Source of the DNA: Squalus acanthias
Taxonomy: Eukaryota
Direction: 5' to 3'
Assembly (NCBI GenBank): GCA_030390025.1
Contig: JASTWF010000034.1
Coordinates: 3,286,001 to 3,350,000, forward strand
Length of the DNA: 64,000 nucleotides
Part shown: piece after piece, positions 1-13,800 of the stretch
Numbering within the stretch: position 1 is the first letter of the stretch
Layout of the letters: every line of letters starts with the position of its first letter
The notes under the pieces: generated by a model
The model's input: only the letters and a program-made list of their open reading frames with translations
Databases searched by the model: none
Told to the model about the DNA's origin: nothing
Made by a program: the position numbers and the translations under genes

Positions 1-117
1 AGTCTCTGTTATTGCCACAACATCATTTGCCTATGTCGCTATTTGCGCCTGCAGCTCACCAACCTTATTTACCACTCTTCGTGCGTTTACACACATGCAT
101 TGTAAACCTATCTGACA

Positions 118-578
118 GTGTCAGCTGTGGCTCAGTAGGTAGCACACTCGCCTCTCAGTCAGAGGTTGTGGGTTCCAAGCTCCAGGGACTTGAGCCCATA
201 AATCTAGGCTGACACTCCCGTGCAGTACTGAGGGAGTGCTGCACTGTCAGAGGTGCCGTCTTTCAGATGAGATGTTAAACCGTGGCCCCGTCTGCTCTCT
301 CAGGTGGACGTAAAATATCCCATTGCACTAGTTTGAAGAAAAGTAGTGGAGTTATCCCCGGTATCCTGGCCAATATTTATCCCTCAATCAACATAACAAA
401 AACAGTTTATCTGATCATTATCACATTGCTGTTTATAGGAGTTTGCTTTCCGCAAATTGCCTGCGGCATTTCTCATATTACAACAATGACTACACTCCAA
501 AAGTATTCATTGACTGTAAAACGCTTCGAGATGTCTGGTGATCGTGAAAGGCGCTGTATAAATGTAAGTTTTTCTTTT
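118..578 (+). mobile_element. tRNA-derived SINE, DeuSINE/SacSINE1-like
   Basis: Pol III A-box TGGCTCAGTAGG (~128-139) and degenerate B-box GGTTCCAAGC (~171-180). Central CAGTACTGAGGGAGTGCTGCACTGTCAGAGGTG...TTTCAGATGAGATGTTAAACC segment. LINE-like tail GTGAAAGGCGCTGTATAAATGTAAGTTTTTCTTTT. A second copy lies at 57883-58625. Family assigned from recognition, not from a search. Confidence 0.8.
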
Positions 579-686
579 ATCTTAGACCTTACAATAGCAA
601 AACACTGCGGATGCTGAAAATCTGAAATAACAACAGAAAATGCTGGAAAAACTCAGCAGGTCAGGCAGCATTCGTGGAGAGACAAA

Positions 687-728
687 CAGAGTTAACGTTT
701 CAGATCGATGACCCTTCGTCAGAACTGG
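687..728 (-). ncRNA. Minimal type I hammerhead ribozyme motif (PLE-associated)
   Basis: Minus strand reads CCAGUU-CUGACGA-AGGGUC-AUC-GAUCU-GAAAC-GUU-AACUCUG: CUGANGA box, stem II, GAAA, palindromic ACGU stem III, and stem I AGUU/AACU. Confidence 0.7.
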
Positions 729-1106
729 AGAAGTTTAGAGAGGTAACAGGTTTTAAGCAGGTGTAGGGGCAGGGTAAGGCGGGCGGGGGGGTGGGGAGAG
801 GAAATAATAAAAGGGTCGGCCTGTGAATAGAAAGATGAGGTGTTGTTCCTCGAGCTTACGTTGTAAGAGGCCGAGGACAGAGAGGTCAGAGTGGGAGTGG
901 AGCGCTTGTCACTTTAATTCTCCGCTCCACTCCCACTCTGACTGCAGCTCAGGCGGCAGCTGTTGATGATTCTGCCATCCCTATTTGCAACATTTAACCA
1001 CTCCTGCCTTCCACCCTATCATAGACCGTCCCTTTTGTTATTTCCTCCCCTCCCTCCTTTCACTGCCCCTGCACCTGGTTAAAATCTGTTGCATCTCTAA
1101 CTTTTT

Positions 1107-1148
1107 CCAGTTCTGACGAAGGGTCACAGACCTGAAACATTAACTCTG
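1107..1148 (+). ncRNA. Degenerate minimal hammerhead ribozyme motif
   Basis: CCAGTT-CTGACGA-AGGGTC-ACA-GACCT-GAAAC-ATT-AACTCTG. A G>A change breaks the ACGT palindrome that is intact in the two sibling copies. Confidence 0.55.
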
Positions 1149-1218
1149 ATTCTCTCTCCACGGATGCTGCCTGACCTACTGAGTGTTTCCAGCATTTTCT
1201 GTTTCTATCTTAGACCTT

Positions 1219-2357
1219 CTTGGATTCTCTCTTATTCTGACTCCACCTAACACCGTACTTTTCCTTAATCAACTGTTATCTGTCTCTCCCAATCCTTTGT
1301 GCACCTTGTTTCTCCTTTCTAATGCCACATCCTGGTGCCCATTCCCCTGGCAGATTAGTTTAAACCCTCCCCAACAGTATTAGCAAACCTCCCCGCCCCC
1401 ATGAGGATATTGCTCCCAGCTCTGTTGAGGTGCCATCCGACCGGCCTCTACAGGTCCCATCTCCCCAGAACCTGTCCCAATGTCCCAAGAATCTAAAGCC
1501 TTCCCTCCTGCACCATATCTCCAGCCACACAATCATCTGCTCTATCCTTCTATTTCTATAATCACCAGCTGGTGGCACCGGGAGTAATCTGGAGATTACT
1601 ACCGTCGAGGTCCTGCTTCTTAATTTCTTTCCTAGCTCCCTATAATCTGCCCGCAGGATCACATCCCTCTCTCTACCTATGTTGTTGATACCGATACCTC
1701 CCCCCTCAGAATGTCCTGCAGCCACTAAGTGACATCCTTGACCCTGGCACCAGGGAGGCTACATATCGTCTTGGAGTCACTTCTGTGGCCGGAGAAAGGC
1801 TTGTCTGTTCTCCTAACTAATCGAATGTCCTATCATTGTTGCTTTCCCGATCTTCCTCCTCCCCCGACCTACAACTGAGCCCCGCGTGGTGCCGTGGATT
1901 TGGCTTGGGCTGCACTCCCCAGAGGGAACATCGAACATTAGAGAGTGAGATGCACTCAGTACACTCCTGCACTAACTGCATAGTCCTCCTTGTCTGTCTG
2001 GCGCTCATCCATTCCCTCTCTGCCCGCTCACTCTTATGCTGCGGGGTGAGCACCTCCTGAAACGTGCTATCCACGTAACTCTCAGCCTCACGGATGCACC
2101 GCAGTGACGCCCGCTGCCTGCTCAATCTCCGAAATCCGTGGGCAGTGTCCTGGAGATCCCACAAGGCACAAGATGTACATTCCACCGGACTGAGGTGCCC
2201 TGCCATGCCTCTATTTAATAGACTATTAACTAACTTAACAAAATTCAACTCAATATTTAAAAAAATCATCATCTATTGACCATTTCTTCTCTTTATGGTC
2301 CGGATTCTCTCGCCCTCCTTTATCACCGGCCGCTCCTCCCGCTCTCTCCTCCTTCCT
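1219..2357 (-). mobile_element. CR1 LINE 5' part (5'UTR plus degraded ORF1 esterase)
   Basis: ORF fragments MAGHLSPVECTSCALW and RTSTVVISRLLPVP...WCRREGFRFLGHWDRFWG match the ORF1 at 56670-57620. Frameshifts and deletions present. Confidence 0.85.
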
Positions 2358-2375
2358 TTATTTTCTTTTATATTG

Positions 2376-4314
2376 CTGCAGGATGACAATGATTGGGACC
2401 TGAATATTGAAGGGTAAATAACATTTAGGAAGGACAGGCAGGTGGAAAAGGTGGAAGGGTGGCTCTCTTAATTAATCATGGGGGATTTTAATCTGCATAT
2501 AGACTGGAAAAATCAGATGGGCAAATGCAGCATAGATGAGGAGTTCATGGATTGTTTTCGGGATAGTTTCTTACAACATCACGTTCTGGAGCGAAACTCG
2601 ACCTGTTATTGTGCAAAGAGATAGGATTAATTAATAACCTCATAGTGAAGGTGCCCCTAGGTAGCAGCGATAAAATGATTGCATTTTACATTCAATTTGA
2701 GAGACAGAACAGAGTGGGTCCAAGGCGAGTATTTTAAACTTAAATACGGGCAATTATGAGGGCATGATAGCAGAGCTAGCTAAAGTGAACTGGCAAATTT
2801 GTTTAAGGGATAGGTGAATAGAGTTGCAGTGGCAGACATTTAAGGGGATATTTCAGAATACACAGAATATATACATTCCAATAGAAAGAACAAATTCCAA
2901 GGGGAGGACCCACCATCCGTGGTTAACTAAAAAAGTTAAAGATAATATTCAACTTAAAGAAAAAGCATAATAATTGCGCAAAGATGGCTGGCAGATCAGA
3001 AGATCGGACAGAATATGAAAAACAGCACAGAATGACTAAAAGATTAATGAGGAGAGAAAAATTAGAGTACGAGAGAAAGCAGCTAGCAAAAATATAAAAA
3101 CAGATAGTAAGAGTTTCTATAGATATTTTAAAAAGAAAAGTGTCAACAAAGTGAGCGTTGGTCCTATAAAAAGTGAGTCTGGGGAATTAATGATGGAAAA
3201 TAAGGCGATGGCAGTTGAATTGAACAGGTATTTTGCATCGGTCTTCATTTTGAGGATACAAGTAACATCCCAGAACTAGCTATAAATCAGGAAGTGGAAG
3301 GGACGGAGGAACTCAAGAACATTATTATCACCAGGGAAGTGGCATTGAGAAAATTGTTGGAGCTGCGGGCTGAAAAGTCCCCGGGTCCTGATGGACTTCA
3401 TCCGAGGGTCTTAAAAGAAGTGGCTAGTGAGATAGTTGATGCGTTGGTTTACATTTTCCAAAATTTCCTAGATTCGGGTAAGGTTCCATTAGTGATATAG
3501 CGAATGTAATTCCTTATCAAAAAGGGAGGGAGACGGAAAGCAGGAAATTACAGGCTAGTTAGCTTAACATCTGTCATAGGCTATTATTAAAGACATTATA
3601 GCAGGCATTTAGAAAAGCTCAAAGTAATCAGGTAGAGTCAACATGGTTTTGTGCAACGGGAAATCATATTTAACCAATTTATTGGAGTTCTTTGAGGAAG
3701 TAACAGGTGCTGTGGATAAAGGGGAACCGATGGATGTACTGTACTTAGATTTCGCGAAGGCATTTGATAAGGTGCCACATCAAAGGTTATTGAGAAAAAA
3801 AAGTTCATGGTGTAGGGGGTAACATATTGGCATGGATAGAAGATTGGCTAGCTAACAGTAAACAGAGAGTAGGAATAAATGGGTCATTTTCTAATTGGCA
3901 AGATGTAACGAGTGGTGTGTCACAGGGATCAGTGCTGGGGCCTCAACATTTTACAATTTATATAAATGTCTTGGATGAAGGGACCGAAGGTATGGTTGCT
4001 AAATTTGCTAATGACACAAAGATAGGTAGGAAAGCAAATTGTGAAAAGGACATAAGGAGGCTCCCAAGAGATATAGATAAGTTAAGTGAATGGGCAAAGA
4101 TCTTGCAAATGGTGTATAATGTGGGAAAATGTGAAGTTGCCCATTTTGGCAGGAAGAATAAAAAAGCATATTATCTAAATGGTGAGAGATTACAGAGCTC
4201 TGAGATGCAGAGGGATCTGGGTGTCCCAGTGCATGAATCGCAAAAGGTTACTATGCAGGTACAGCAAATAATTAGGAAAGCTAATAGAATGTTATCGTTT
4301 ATTGCGGGGGGAAG
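2376..4314 (+). mobile_element. CR1 LINE ORF2 fragment (endonuclease to RT), degraded and cut by the gap
   Basis: Motifs KSPGPDGLHPRVLKE, SGVSQGSVLGP, KFANDTKIG and QRDLGVPV, with several stops and frameshifts. Confidence 0.9.
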
Positions 4315-4814
4315 NNNNNNNNNNNNNNNNNNNNNNNNNNNNNNNNNNNNNNNNNNNNNNNNNNNNNNNNNNNNNNNNNNNNNNNNNNNNNNNNNNNNNN
4401 NNNNNNNNNNNNNNNNNNNNNNNNNNNNNNNNNNNNNNNNNNNNNNNNNNNNNNNNNNNNNNNNNNNNNNNNNNNNNNNNNNNNNNNNNNNNNNNNNNNN
4501 NNNNNNNNNNNNNNNNNNNNNNNNNNNNNNNNNNNNNNNNNNNNNNNNNNNNNNNNNNNNNNNNNNNNNNNNNNNNNNNNNNNNNNNNNNNNNNNNNNNN
4601 NNNNNNNNNNNNNNNNNNNNNNNNNNNNNNNNNNNNNNNNNNNNNNNNNNNNNNNNNNNNNNNNNNNNNNNNNNNNNNNNNNNNNNNNNNNNNNNNNNNN
4701 NNNNNNNNNNNNNNNNNNNNNNNNNNNNNNNNNNNNNNNNNNNNNNNNNNNNNNNNNNNNNNNNNNNNNNNNNNNNNNNNNNNNNNNNNNNNNNNNNNNN
4801 NNNNNNNNNNNNNN
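4315..4814. other. Assembly gap (500 N)
   Basis: Run of exactly 500 N, so a placeholder whose true size is unknown. Confidence 1.
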
Positions 4815-7800
4815 TCACAGTTAATTGTTAAATTGGGTATGATAACCAATACACAGGGTGAAACTGTCACAGTTAATTGTTAAATTGGGTATGATAACCA
4901 ATCACAGGGTTAAAACTGTCACAGTTAATTGTTAAATTGGGTATGATAACCAATACACACAGGGTAAAACTGTCAGTTAATTGTTAAATTGGGGTATGAT
5001 AACCAATACACAGGGTAAAACTGTCAGTTAATTGTTAAATTGGGTATGATAACCAATACACAGGGTAAAACTGTCAGTTAATTGTTAAATTGGGTATGAT
5101 AACCAATACACAGGGTAAAACTGTCACAGTTAATTGTTAAATTGGGTATGATAACCAATACACAGGGTAAAACTGTCACAGTTAATTGTTAAATTGGGTA
5201 TGATAACCAATACACAGGGTTAAAACTGTCACAGTTAATTGTTAAATTGGGTATGATAACCAATACACAGGGTAAAACTGTCACAGTTAATTGTTAAATT
5301 GGGTATGATAACCAATACACAGGGTAAAACTGTCAGTTAATTGTTAAATTGGGTATGATAACCAATACACAGGGTAAAACTGTCACAGTTAATTGTTAAA
5401 TTGGGTATGATAACCAATACACAGGGTAAAACTGTCACAGTTAATTGTTAAATTGGGTATGATAACCAATACACAGGGTAAAACTGTCACAGTTAATTGT
5501 TAAATTGGGTATGATAACCAATACACAGGGTAAAACTGTCAGTTAATTGTTAAATTGGGTATGATAACCAATACACAGGGTAAAACTGTCACAGTTAATT
5601 GTTAAATTGGGTATGATAACCAATACACAGGGTAAAACTGTCACAGTTAATTGTTAAATTGGGTATGATAACCAATACACAGGGTAAAACTGTCAGTTAA
5701 TTGTTAAATTGGGTATGATAACCAATACACAGGGTAAAACTGTCACAGTTAATTGTTAAATTGGGTATGATAACCAATACACAGGGTAAAACTGTCACAG
5801 TTAATTGTTAAATTGGGTATGATAACCAATACACAGGGTAAAACTGTCACAGTTAATTGTTAAATTGGGTATGATAACCAATACACAGGGTAAAACTGTC
5901 ACAGTTAATTGTTAAATTGGGTATGATAACCAATACACAGGGTAAAACTGTCACAGTTAATTGTTAAATTGGGTATGATAACCAATACACAGGGTAAAAC
6001 TGTCACAGTTAATTGTTAAATTGGGTATGATAACCAATACACAGGGTAAAACTGTCACAGTTAATTGTTAAATTGGGTATGATAACCAATACACAGGGTA
6101 AAACTGTCACAGTTAATTGTTAAATTGGGTATGATAACCAATACACAGGGTAAAACTGTCAGTTAATTGTTAAATTGGGTATGATAACCAATACACAGGG
6201 TAAAACTGTCACAGTTAATTGTTAAATTGGGTATGATAACCAATACACAGGGTAAAACTGTCACAGTTAATTGTTAAATTGGGTATGATAACCAATACAC
6301 AGGGTAAAACTGTCACAGTTAATTGTTAAATTGGGTATGATAACCAATACACAGGGTAAAACTGTCACAGTTAATTGTTAAATTGGGTATGATAACCAAT
6401 ACACAGGGTAAAACTGTCACAGTTAATTGTTAAATTGGGTATGATAACCAATACACAGGGTAAAACTGTCACAGTTAATTGTTAAATTGGGTATGATAAC
6501 CAATACACAGGGTAAAACTGTCACAGTTAATTGTTAAATTGGGTATGATAACCAATACACAGGGTAAAACTGTCACAGTTAATTGTTAAATTGGGTATGA
6601 TAACCAATACACAGGGTAAAACTGTCACAGTTAATTGTTAAATTGGGTATGATAACCAATACACAGGGTAAAACTGTCACAGTTAATTGTTAAATTGGGT
6701 ATGATAACCAATACACAGGGTAAAACTGTCACAGTTAATTGTTAAATTGGGTATGATAACCAATACACAGGGTAAAACTGTCACAGTTAATTGTTAAATT
6801 GGGTATGATAACCAATACACAGGGTAAAACTGTCACAGTTAATTGTTAAATTGGGTATGATAACCAATACACAGGGTAAAACTGTCACAGTTAATTGTTA
6901 AATTGGGTATGATAACCAATACACAGGGTAAAACTGTCACAGTTAATTGTTAAATTGGGTATGATAACCAATACACAGGGTAAAACTGTCACAGTTAATT
7001 GTTAAATTGGGTATGATAACCAATACACAGGGTAAAACTGTCAGTTAATTGTTAAATTGGGTATGATAACCAATACACAGGGTAAAACTGTCACAGTTAA
7101 TTGTTAAATTGGGTATGATAACCAATACACAGGGTAAAACTGTCAGTTAATTGTTAAATTGGGTATGATAACCAATACACAGGGTAAAACTGTCACAGTT
7201 AATTGTTAAATTGGGTATGATAACCAATACACAGGGTAAAACTGTCACAGTTAATTGTTAAATTGGGTATGATAACCAATACACAGGGTAAAACTGTCAC
7301 AGTTAATTGTTAAATTGGGTATGATAACCAATACACAGGGTAAAACTGTCACAGTTAATTGTTAAATTGGGTATGATAACCAATACACAGGGTAAAACTG
7401 TCACAGTTAATTGTTAAATTGGGTATGATAACCAATACACAGGGTAAAACTGTCAGTTAATTGTTAAATTGGGTATGATAACCAATACACAGGGTAAAAC
7501 TGTCACAGTTAATTGTTAAATTGGGTATGATAACCAATACACAGGGTAAAACTGTCACAGTTAATTGTTAAATTGGGTATGATAACCAATACACAGGGTA
7601 AAACTGTCACAGTTAATTGTTAAATTGGGTATGATAACCAATACACAGGGTAAAACTGTCACAGTTAATTGTTAGTTAATTGTTAAATTGGGTATGATAA
7701 CCAATACACAGGGTAAAACTGTCACAGTTAATTGTTAAATTGGGTATGATAACCAATACACAGGGTAAAACTGTCACAGTTAATTGTTAAATTGGGTATG

Positions 7801-10800
7801 ATAACCAATACACAGGGTAAAACTGTCACAGTTAATTGTTAAATTGGGTATGATAACCAATACACAGGGTAAAACTGTCACAGTTAATTGTTAAATTGGG
7901 TATGATAACCAATACACAGGGTAAAACTGTCACAGTTAATTGTTAAATTGGGTATGATAACCAATACACAGGGTAAAACTGTCACAGTTAATTGTTAAAT
8001 TGGGTATGATAACCAATACACAGGGTAAAACTGTCACAGTTAATTGTTAAATTGGGTATGATAACCAATACACAGGGTAAAACTGTCACAGTTAATTGTT
8101 AAATTGGGTATGATAACCAATACACAGGGTAAAACTGTCACAGTTAATTGTTAAATTGGGTATGATAACCAATACACAGGGTAAAACTGTCACAGTTAAT
8201 TGTTAAATTGGGTATGATAACCAATACACAGGGTAAAACTGTCACAGTTAATTGTTAAATTGGGTATGATAACCAATACACAGGGTAAAACTGTCAGTTA
8301 ATTGTTAAATTGGGTATGATAACCAATACACAGGGTAAAACTGTCACAGTTAATTGTTAAATTGGGTATGATAACCAATACACAGGGTAAAACTGTCACA
8401 GTTAATTGTTAAATTGGGTATGATAACCAATACACAGGGTAAAACTGTCACAGTTAATTGTTAAATTGGGTATGATAACCAATACACAGGGTAAAACTGT
8501 CACAGTTAATTGTTAAATTGGGTATGATAACCAATACACAGGGTAAAACTGTCACAGTTAATTGTTAAATTGGGTATGATAACCAATACACAGGGTAAAA
8601 CTGTCACAGTTAATTGTTAAATTGGGTATGATAACCAATACACAGGGTAAAACTGTCACAGTTAATTGTTAAATTGGGTATGATAACCAATACACAGGGT
8701 AAAACTGTCACAGTTAATTGTTAAATTGGGTATGATAACCAATACACAGGGTAAAACTGTCACAGTTAATTGTTAAATTGGGTATGATAACCAATACACA
8801 GGGTAAAACTGTCACAGTTAATTGTTAAATTGGGTATGATAACCAATACACAGGGTAAAACTGTCACAGTTAATTGTTAAATTGGGTATGATAACCAATA
8901 CACAGGGTAAAACTGTCACAGTTAATTGTTAAATTGGGTATGATAACCAATACACAGGGTAAAACTGTCAGTTAATTGTTAAATTGGGTATGATAACCAA
9001 TACACAGGGTAAAACTGTCACAGTTAATTGTTAAATTGGGTATGATAACCAATACACAGGGTAAAACTGTCACAGTTAATTGTTAAATTGGGTATGATAA
9101 CCAATACACAGGGTAAAACTGTCACAGTTAATTGTTAAATTGGGTATGATAACCAATACACAGGGTAAAACTGTCACAGTTAATTGTTAAATTGGGTATG
9201 ATAACCAATACACAGGGTAAAACTGTCACAGTTAATTGTTAAATTGGGTATGATAACCAATACACAGGGTAAAACTGTCACAGTTAATTGTTAAATTGGG
9301 TATGATAACCAATACACAGGGTAAAACTGTCACAGTTAATTGTTAAATTGGGTATGATAACCAATACACAGGGTAAAACTGTCACAGTTAATTGTTAAAT
9401 TGGGTATGATAACCAATACACAGGGTAAAACTGTCACAGTTAATTGTTAAATTGGGTATGATAACCAATACACAGGGTAAAACTGTCACAGTTAATTGTT
9501 AAATTGGGTATGATAACCAATACACAGGGTAAAACTGTCACAGTTAATTGTTAAATTGGGTATGATAACCAATACACAGGGTAAAACTGTCACAGTTAAT
9601 TGTTAAATTGGGTATGATAACCAATACACAGGGTAAAACTGTCACAGTTAATTGTTAAATTGGGTATGATAACCAATACACAGGGTAAAACTGTCACAGT
9701 TAATTGTTAAATTGGGTATGATAACCAATACACAGGGTAAAACTGTCAGTTAATTGTTAAATTGGGTATGATAACCAATACACAGGGTAAAACTGTCACA
9801 GTTAATTGTTAAATTGGGTATGATAACCAATACACAGGGTAAAACTGTCACAGTTAATTGTTAAATTGGGTATGATAACCAATACACAGGGTAAAACTGT
9901 CACAGTTAATTGTTAAATTGGGTATGATAACCAATACACAGGGTAAAACTGTCACAGTTAATTGTTAAATTGGGTATGATAACCAATACACAGGGTAAAA
10001 CTGTCACAGTTAATTGTTAAATTGGGTATGATAACCAATACACAGGGTAAAACTGTCACAGTTAATTGTTAAATTGGGTATGATAACCAATACACAGGGT
10101 AAAACTGTCACAGTTAATTGTTAAATTGGGTATGATAACCAATACACAGGGTAAAACTGTCACAGTTAATTGTTAAATTGGGTATGATAACCAATACACA
10201 GGGTAAAACTGTCAGTTAATTGTTAAATTGGGTATGATAACCAATACACAGGGTAAAACTGTCACAGTTAATTGTTAAATTGGGTATGATAACCAATACA
10301 CAGGGTAAAACTGTCACAGTTAATTGTTAAATTGGGTATGATAACCAATACACAGGGTAAAACTGTCACAGTTAATTGTTAAATTGGGTATGATAACCAA
10401 TACACAGGGTAAAACTGTCACAGTTAATTGTTAAATTGGGTATGATAACCAATACACAGGGTAAAACTGTCACAGTTAATTGTTAAATTGGGTATGATAA
10501 CCAATACACAGGGTAAAACTGTCACAGTTAATTGTTAAATTGGGTATGATAACCAATACACAGGGTAAAACTGTCACAGTTAATTGTTAAATTGGGTATG
10601 ATAACCAATACACAGGGTAAAACTGTCACAGTTAATTGTTAAATTGGGTATGATAACCAATACACAGGGTAAAACTGTCACAGTTAATTGTTAAATTGGG
10701 TATGATAACCAATACACAGGGTAAAACTGTCACAGTTAATTGTTAAATTGGGTATGATAACCAATACACAGGGTAAAACTGTCAGTTAATTGTTAAATTG

Positions 10801-13800
10801 GGTATGATAACCAATACACAGGGTAAAACTGTCACAGTTAATTGTTAAATTGGGTATGATAACCAATACACAGGGTAAAACTGTCACAGTTAATTGTTAA
10901 ATTGGGTATGATAACCAATACACAGGGTAAAACTGTCACAGTTAATTGTTAAATTGGGTATGATAACCAATACACAGGGTAAAACTGTCACAGTTAATTG
11001 TTAAATTGGGTATGATAACCAATACACAGGGTAAAACTGTCACAGTTAATTGTTAAATTGGGTATGATAACCAATACACAGGGTAAAACTGTCACAGTTA
11101 ATTGTTAAATTGGGTATGATAACCAATACACAGGGTAAAACTGTCACAGTTAATTGTTAAATTGGGTATGATAACCAATACACAGGGTAAAACTGTCACA
11201 GTTAATTGTTAAATTGGGTATGATAACCAATACACAGGGTAAAACTGTCAGTTAATTGTTAAATTGGGTATGATAACCAATACACAGGGTAAAACTGTCA
11301 CAGTTAATTGTTAAATTGGGTATGATAACCAATACACAGGGTAAAACTGTCACAGTTAATTGTTAAATTGGGTATGATAACCAATACACAGGGTAAAACT
11401 GTCACAGTTAATTGTTAAATTGGGTATGATAACCAATACACAGGGTAAAACTGTCACAGTTAATTGTTAAATTGGGTATGATAACCAATACACAGGGTAA
11501 AACTGTCACAGTTAATTGTTAAATTGGGTATGATAACCAATACACAGGGTAAAACTGTCACAGTTAATTGTTAAATTGGGTATGATAACCAATACACAGG
11601 GTAAAACTGTCAGTTAATTGTTAAATTGGGTATGATAACCAATACACAGGGTAAAACTGTCAGTTAATTGTTAAATTGGGTATGATAACCAATACACAGG
11701 GTAAAACTGTCACAGTTAATTGTTAAATTGGGTATGATAACCAATACACAGGGTAAAACTGTCACAGTTAATTGTTAAATTGGGTATGATAACCAATACA
11801 CAGGGTAAAACTGTCACAGTTAATTGTTAAATTGGGTATGATAACCAATACACAGGGTAAAACTGTCACAGTTAATTGTTAAATTGGGTATGATAACCAA
11901 TACACAGGGTAAAACTGTCACAGTTAATTGTTAAATTGGGTATGATAACCAATACACAGGGTAAAACTGTCACAGTTAATTGTTAAATTGGGTATGATAA
12001 CCAATACACAGGGTAAAACTGTCACAGTTAATTGTTAAATTGGGTATGATAACCAATACACAGGGTAAAACTGTCACAGTTAATTGTTAAATTGGGTATG
12101 ATAACCAATACACAGGGTAAAACTGTCACAGTTAATTGTTAAATTGGGTATGATAACCAATACACAGGGTAAAACTGTCAGTTAATTGTTAAATTGGGTA
12201 TGATAACCAATACACAGGGTAAAACTGTCACAGTTAATTGTTAAATTGGGTATGATAACCAATACACAGGGTAAAACTGTCACAGTTAATTGTTAAATTG
12301 GGTATGATAACCAATACACAGGGTAAAACTGTCACAGTTAATTGTTAAATTGGGTATGATAACCAATACACAGGGTAAAACTGTCACAGTTAATTGTTAA
12401 ATTGGGTATGATAACCAATACACAGGGTAAAACTGTCACAGTTAATTGTTAAATTGGGTATGATAACCAATACACAGGGTAAAACTGTCACAGTTAATTG
12501 TTAAATTGGGTATGATAACCAATACACAGGGTAAAACTGTCACAGTTAATTGTTAAATTGGGTATGATAACCAATACACAGGGTAAAACTGTCACAGTTA
12601 ATTGTTAAATTGGGTATGATAACCAATACACAGGGTAAAACTGTCACAGTTAATTGTTAAATTGGGTATGATAACCAATACACAGGGTAAAACTGTCACA
12701 GTTAATTGTTAAATTGGGTATGATAACCAATACACAGGGTAAAACTGTCACAGTTAATTGTTAAATTGGGTATGATAACCAATACACAGGGTAAAACTGT
12801 CACAGTTAATTGTTAAATTGGGTATGATAACCAATACACAGGGTAAAACTGTCACAGTTAATTGTTAAATTGGGTATGATAACCAATACACAGGGTAAAA
12901 CTGTCACAGTTAATTGTTAAATTGGGTATGATAACCAATACACAGGGTAAAACTGTCACAGTTAATTGTTAAATTGGGTATGATAACCAATACACAGGGT
13001 AAAACTGTCAGTTAATTGTTAAATTGGGTATGATAACCAATACACAGGGTAAAACTGTCACAGTTAATTGTTAAATTGGGTATGATAACCAATACACAGG
13101 GTAAAACTGTCACAGTTAATTGTTAAATTGGGTATGATAACCAATACACAGGGTAAAACTGTCACAGTTAATTGTTAAATTGGGTATGATAACCAATACA
13201 CAGGGTAAAACTGTCACAGTTAATTGTTAAATTGGGTATGATAACCAATACACAGGGTAAAACTGTCACAGTTAATTGTTAAATTGGGTATGATAACCAA
13301 TACACAGGGTAAAACTGTCACAGTTAATTGTTAAATTGGGTATGATAACCAATACACAGGGTAAAACTGTCACAGTTAATTGTTAAATTGGGTATGATAA
13401 CCAATACACAGGGTAAAACTGTCACAGTTAATTGTTAAATTGGGTATGATAACCAATACACAGGGTAAAACTGTCACAGTTAATTGTTAAATTGGGTATG
13501 ATAACCAATACACAGGGTAAAACTGTCACAGTTAATTGTTAAATTGGGTATGATAACCAATACACAGGGTAAAACTGTCACAGTTAATTGTTAAATTGGG
13601 TATGATAACCAATACACAGGGTAAAACTGTCACAGTTAATTGTTAAATTGGGTATGATAACCAATACACAGGGTAAAACTGTCACAGTTAATTGTTAAAT
13701 TGGGTATGATAACCAATACACAGGGTAAAACTGTCACAGTTAATTGTTAAATTGGGTATGATAACCAATACACAGGGTAAAACTGTCAGTTAATTGTTAA

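Larger units (their letters stand above)
591..1205 (-). mobile_element. Penelope-like element remnant with inverted pseudo-LTR structure
   Basis: Arms ~634-820 and ~1010-1205 are imperfect reverse complements, with the inversion point at 885-942. The minus strand of 826-865 encodes QRKLEEQHLIF, the end of a PLE GIY-YIG endonuclease. Flanked by the 13-bp direct repeat TATCTTAGACCTT (578-590, 1206-1218). Confidence 0.8.

Noticed and set aside
118..190. tRNA gene
   Set aside because: This is the tRNA-derived SINE head. The B-box is degenerate, there is no complete cloverleaf, and it continues into the SINE body.
1219..4314. Single CR1 with a twin-priming 5' inversion (ORF1 minus, ORF2 plus)
   Set aside because: The geometry is compatible, but the paralogous ORF1 copy at 60540 has no such partner and I cannot show the two pieces belong to one subfamily. 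The 3' end and TSD are lost in the gap.
3827..4883. Long ORFs crossing the gap
   Set aside because: Artefacts of translating N.
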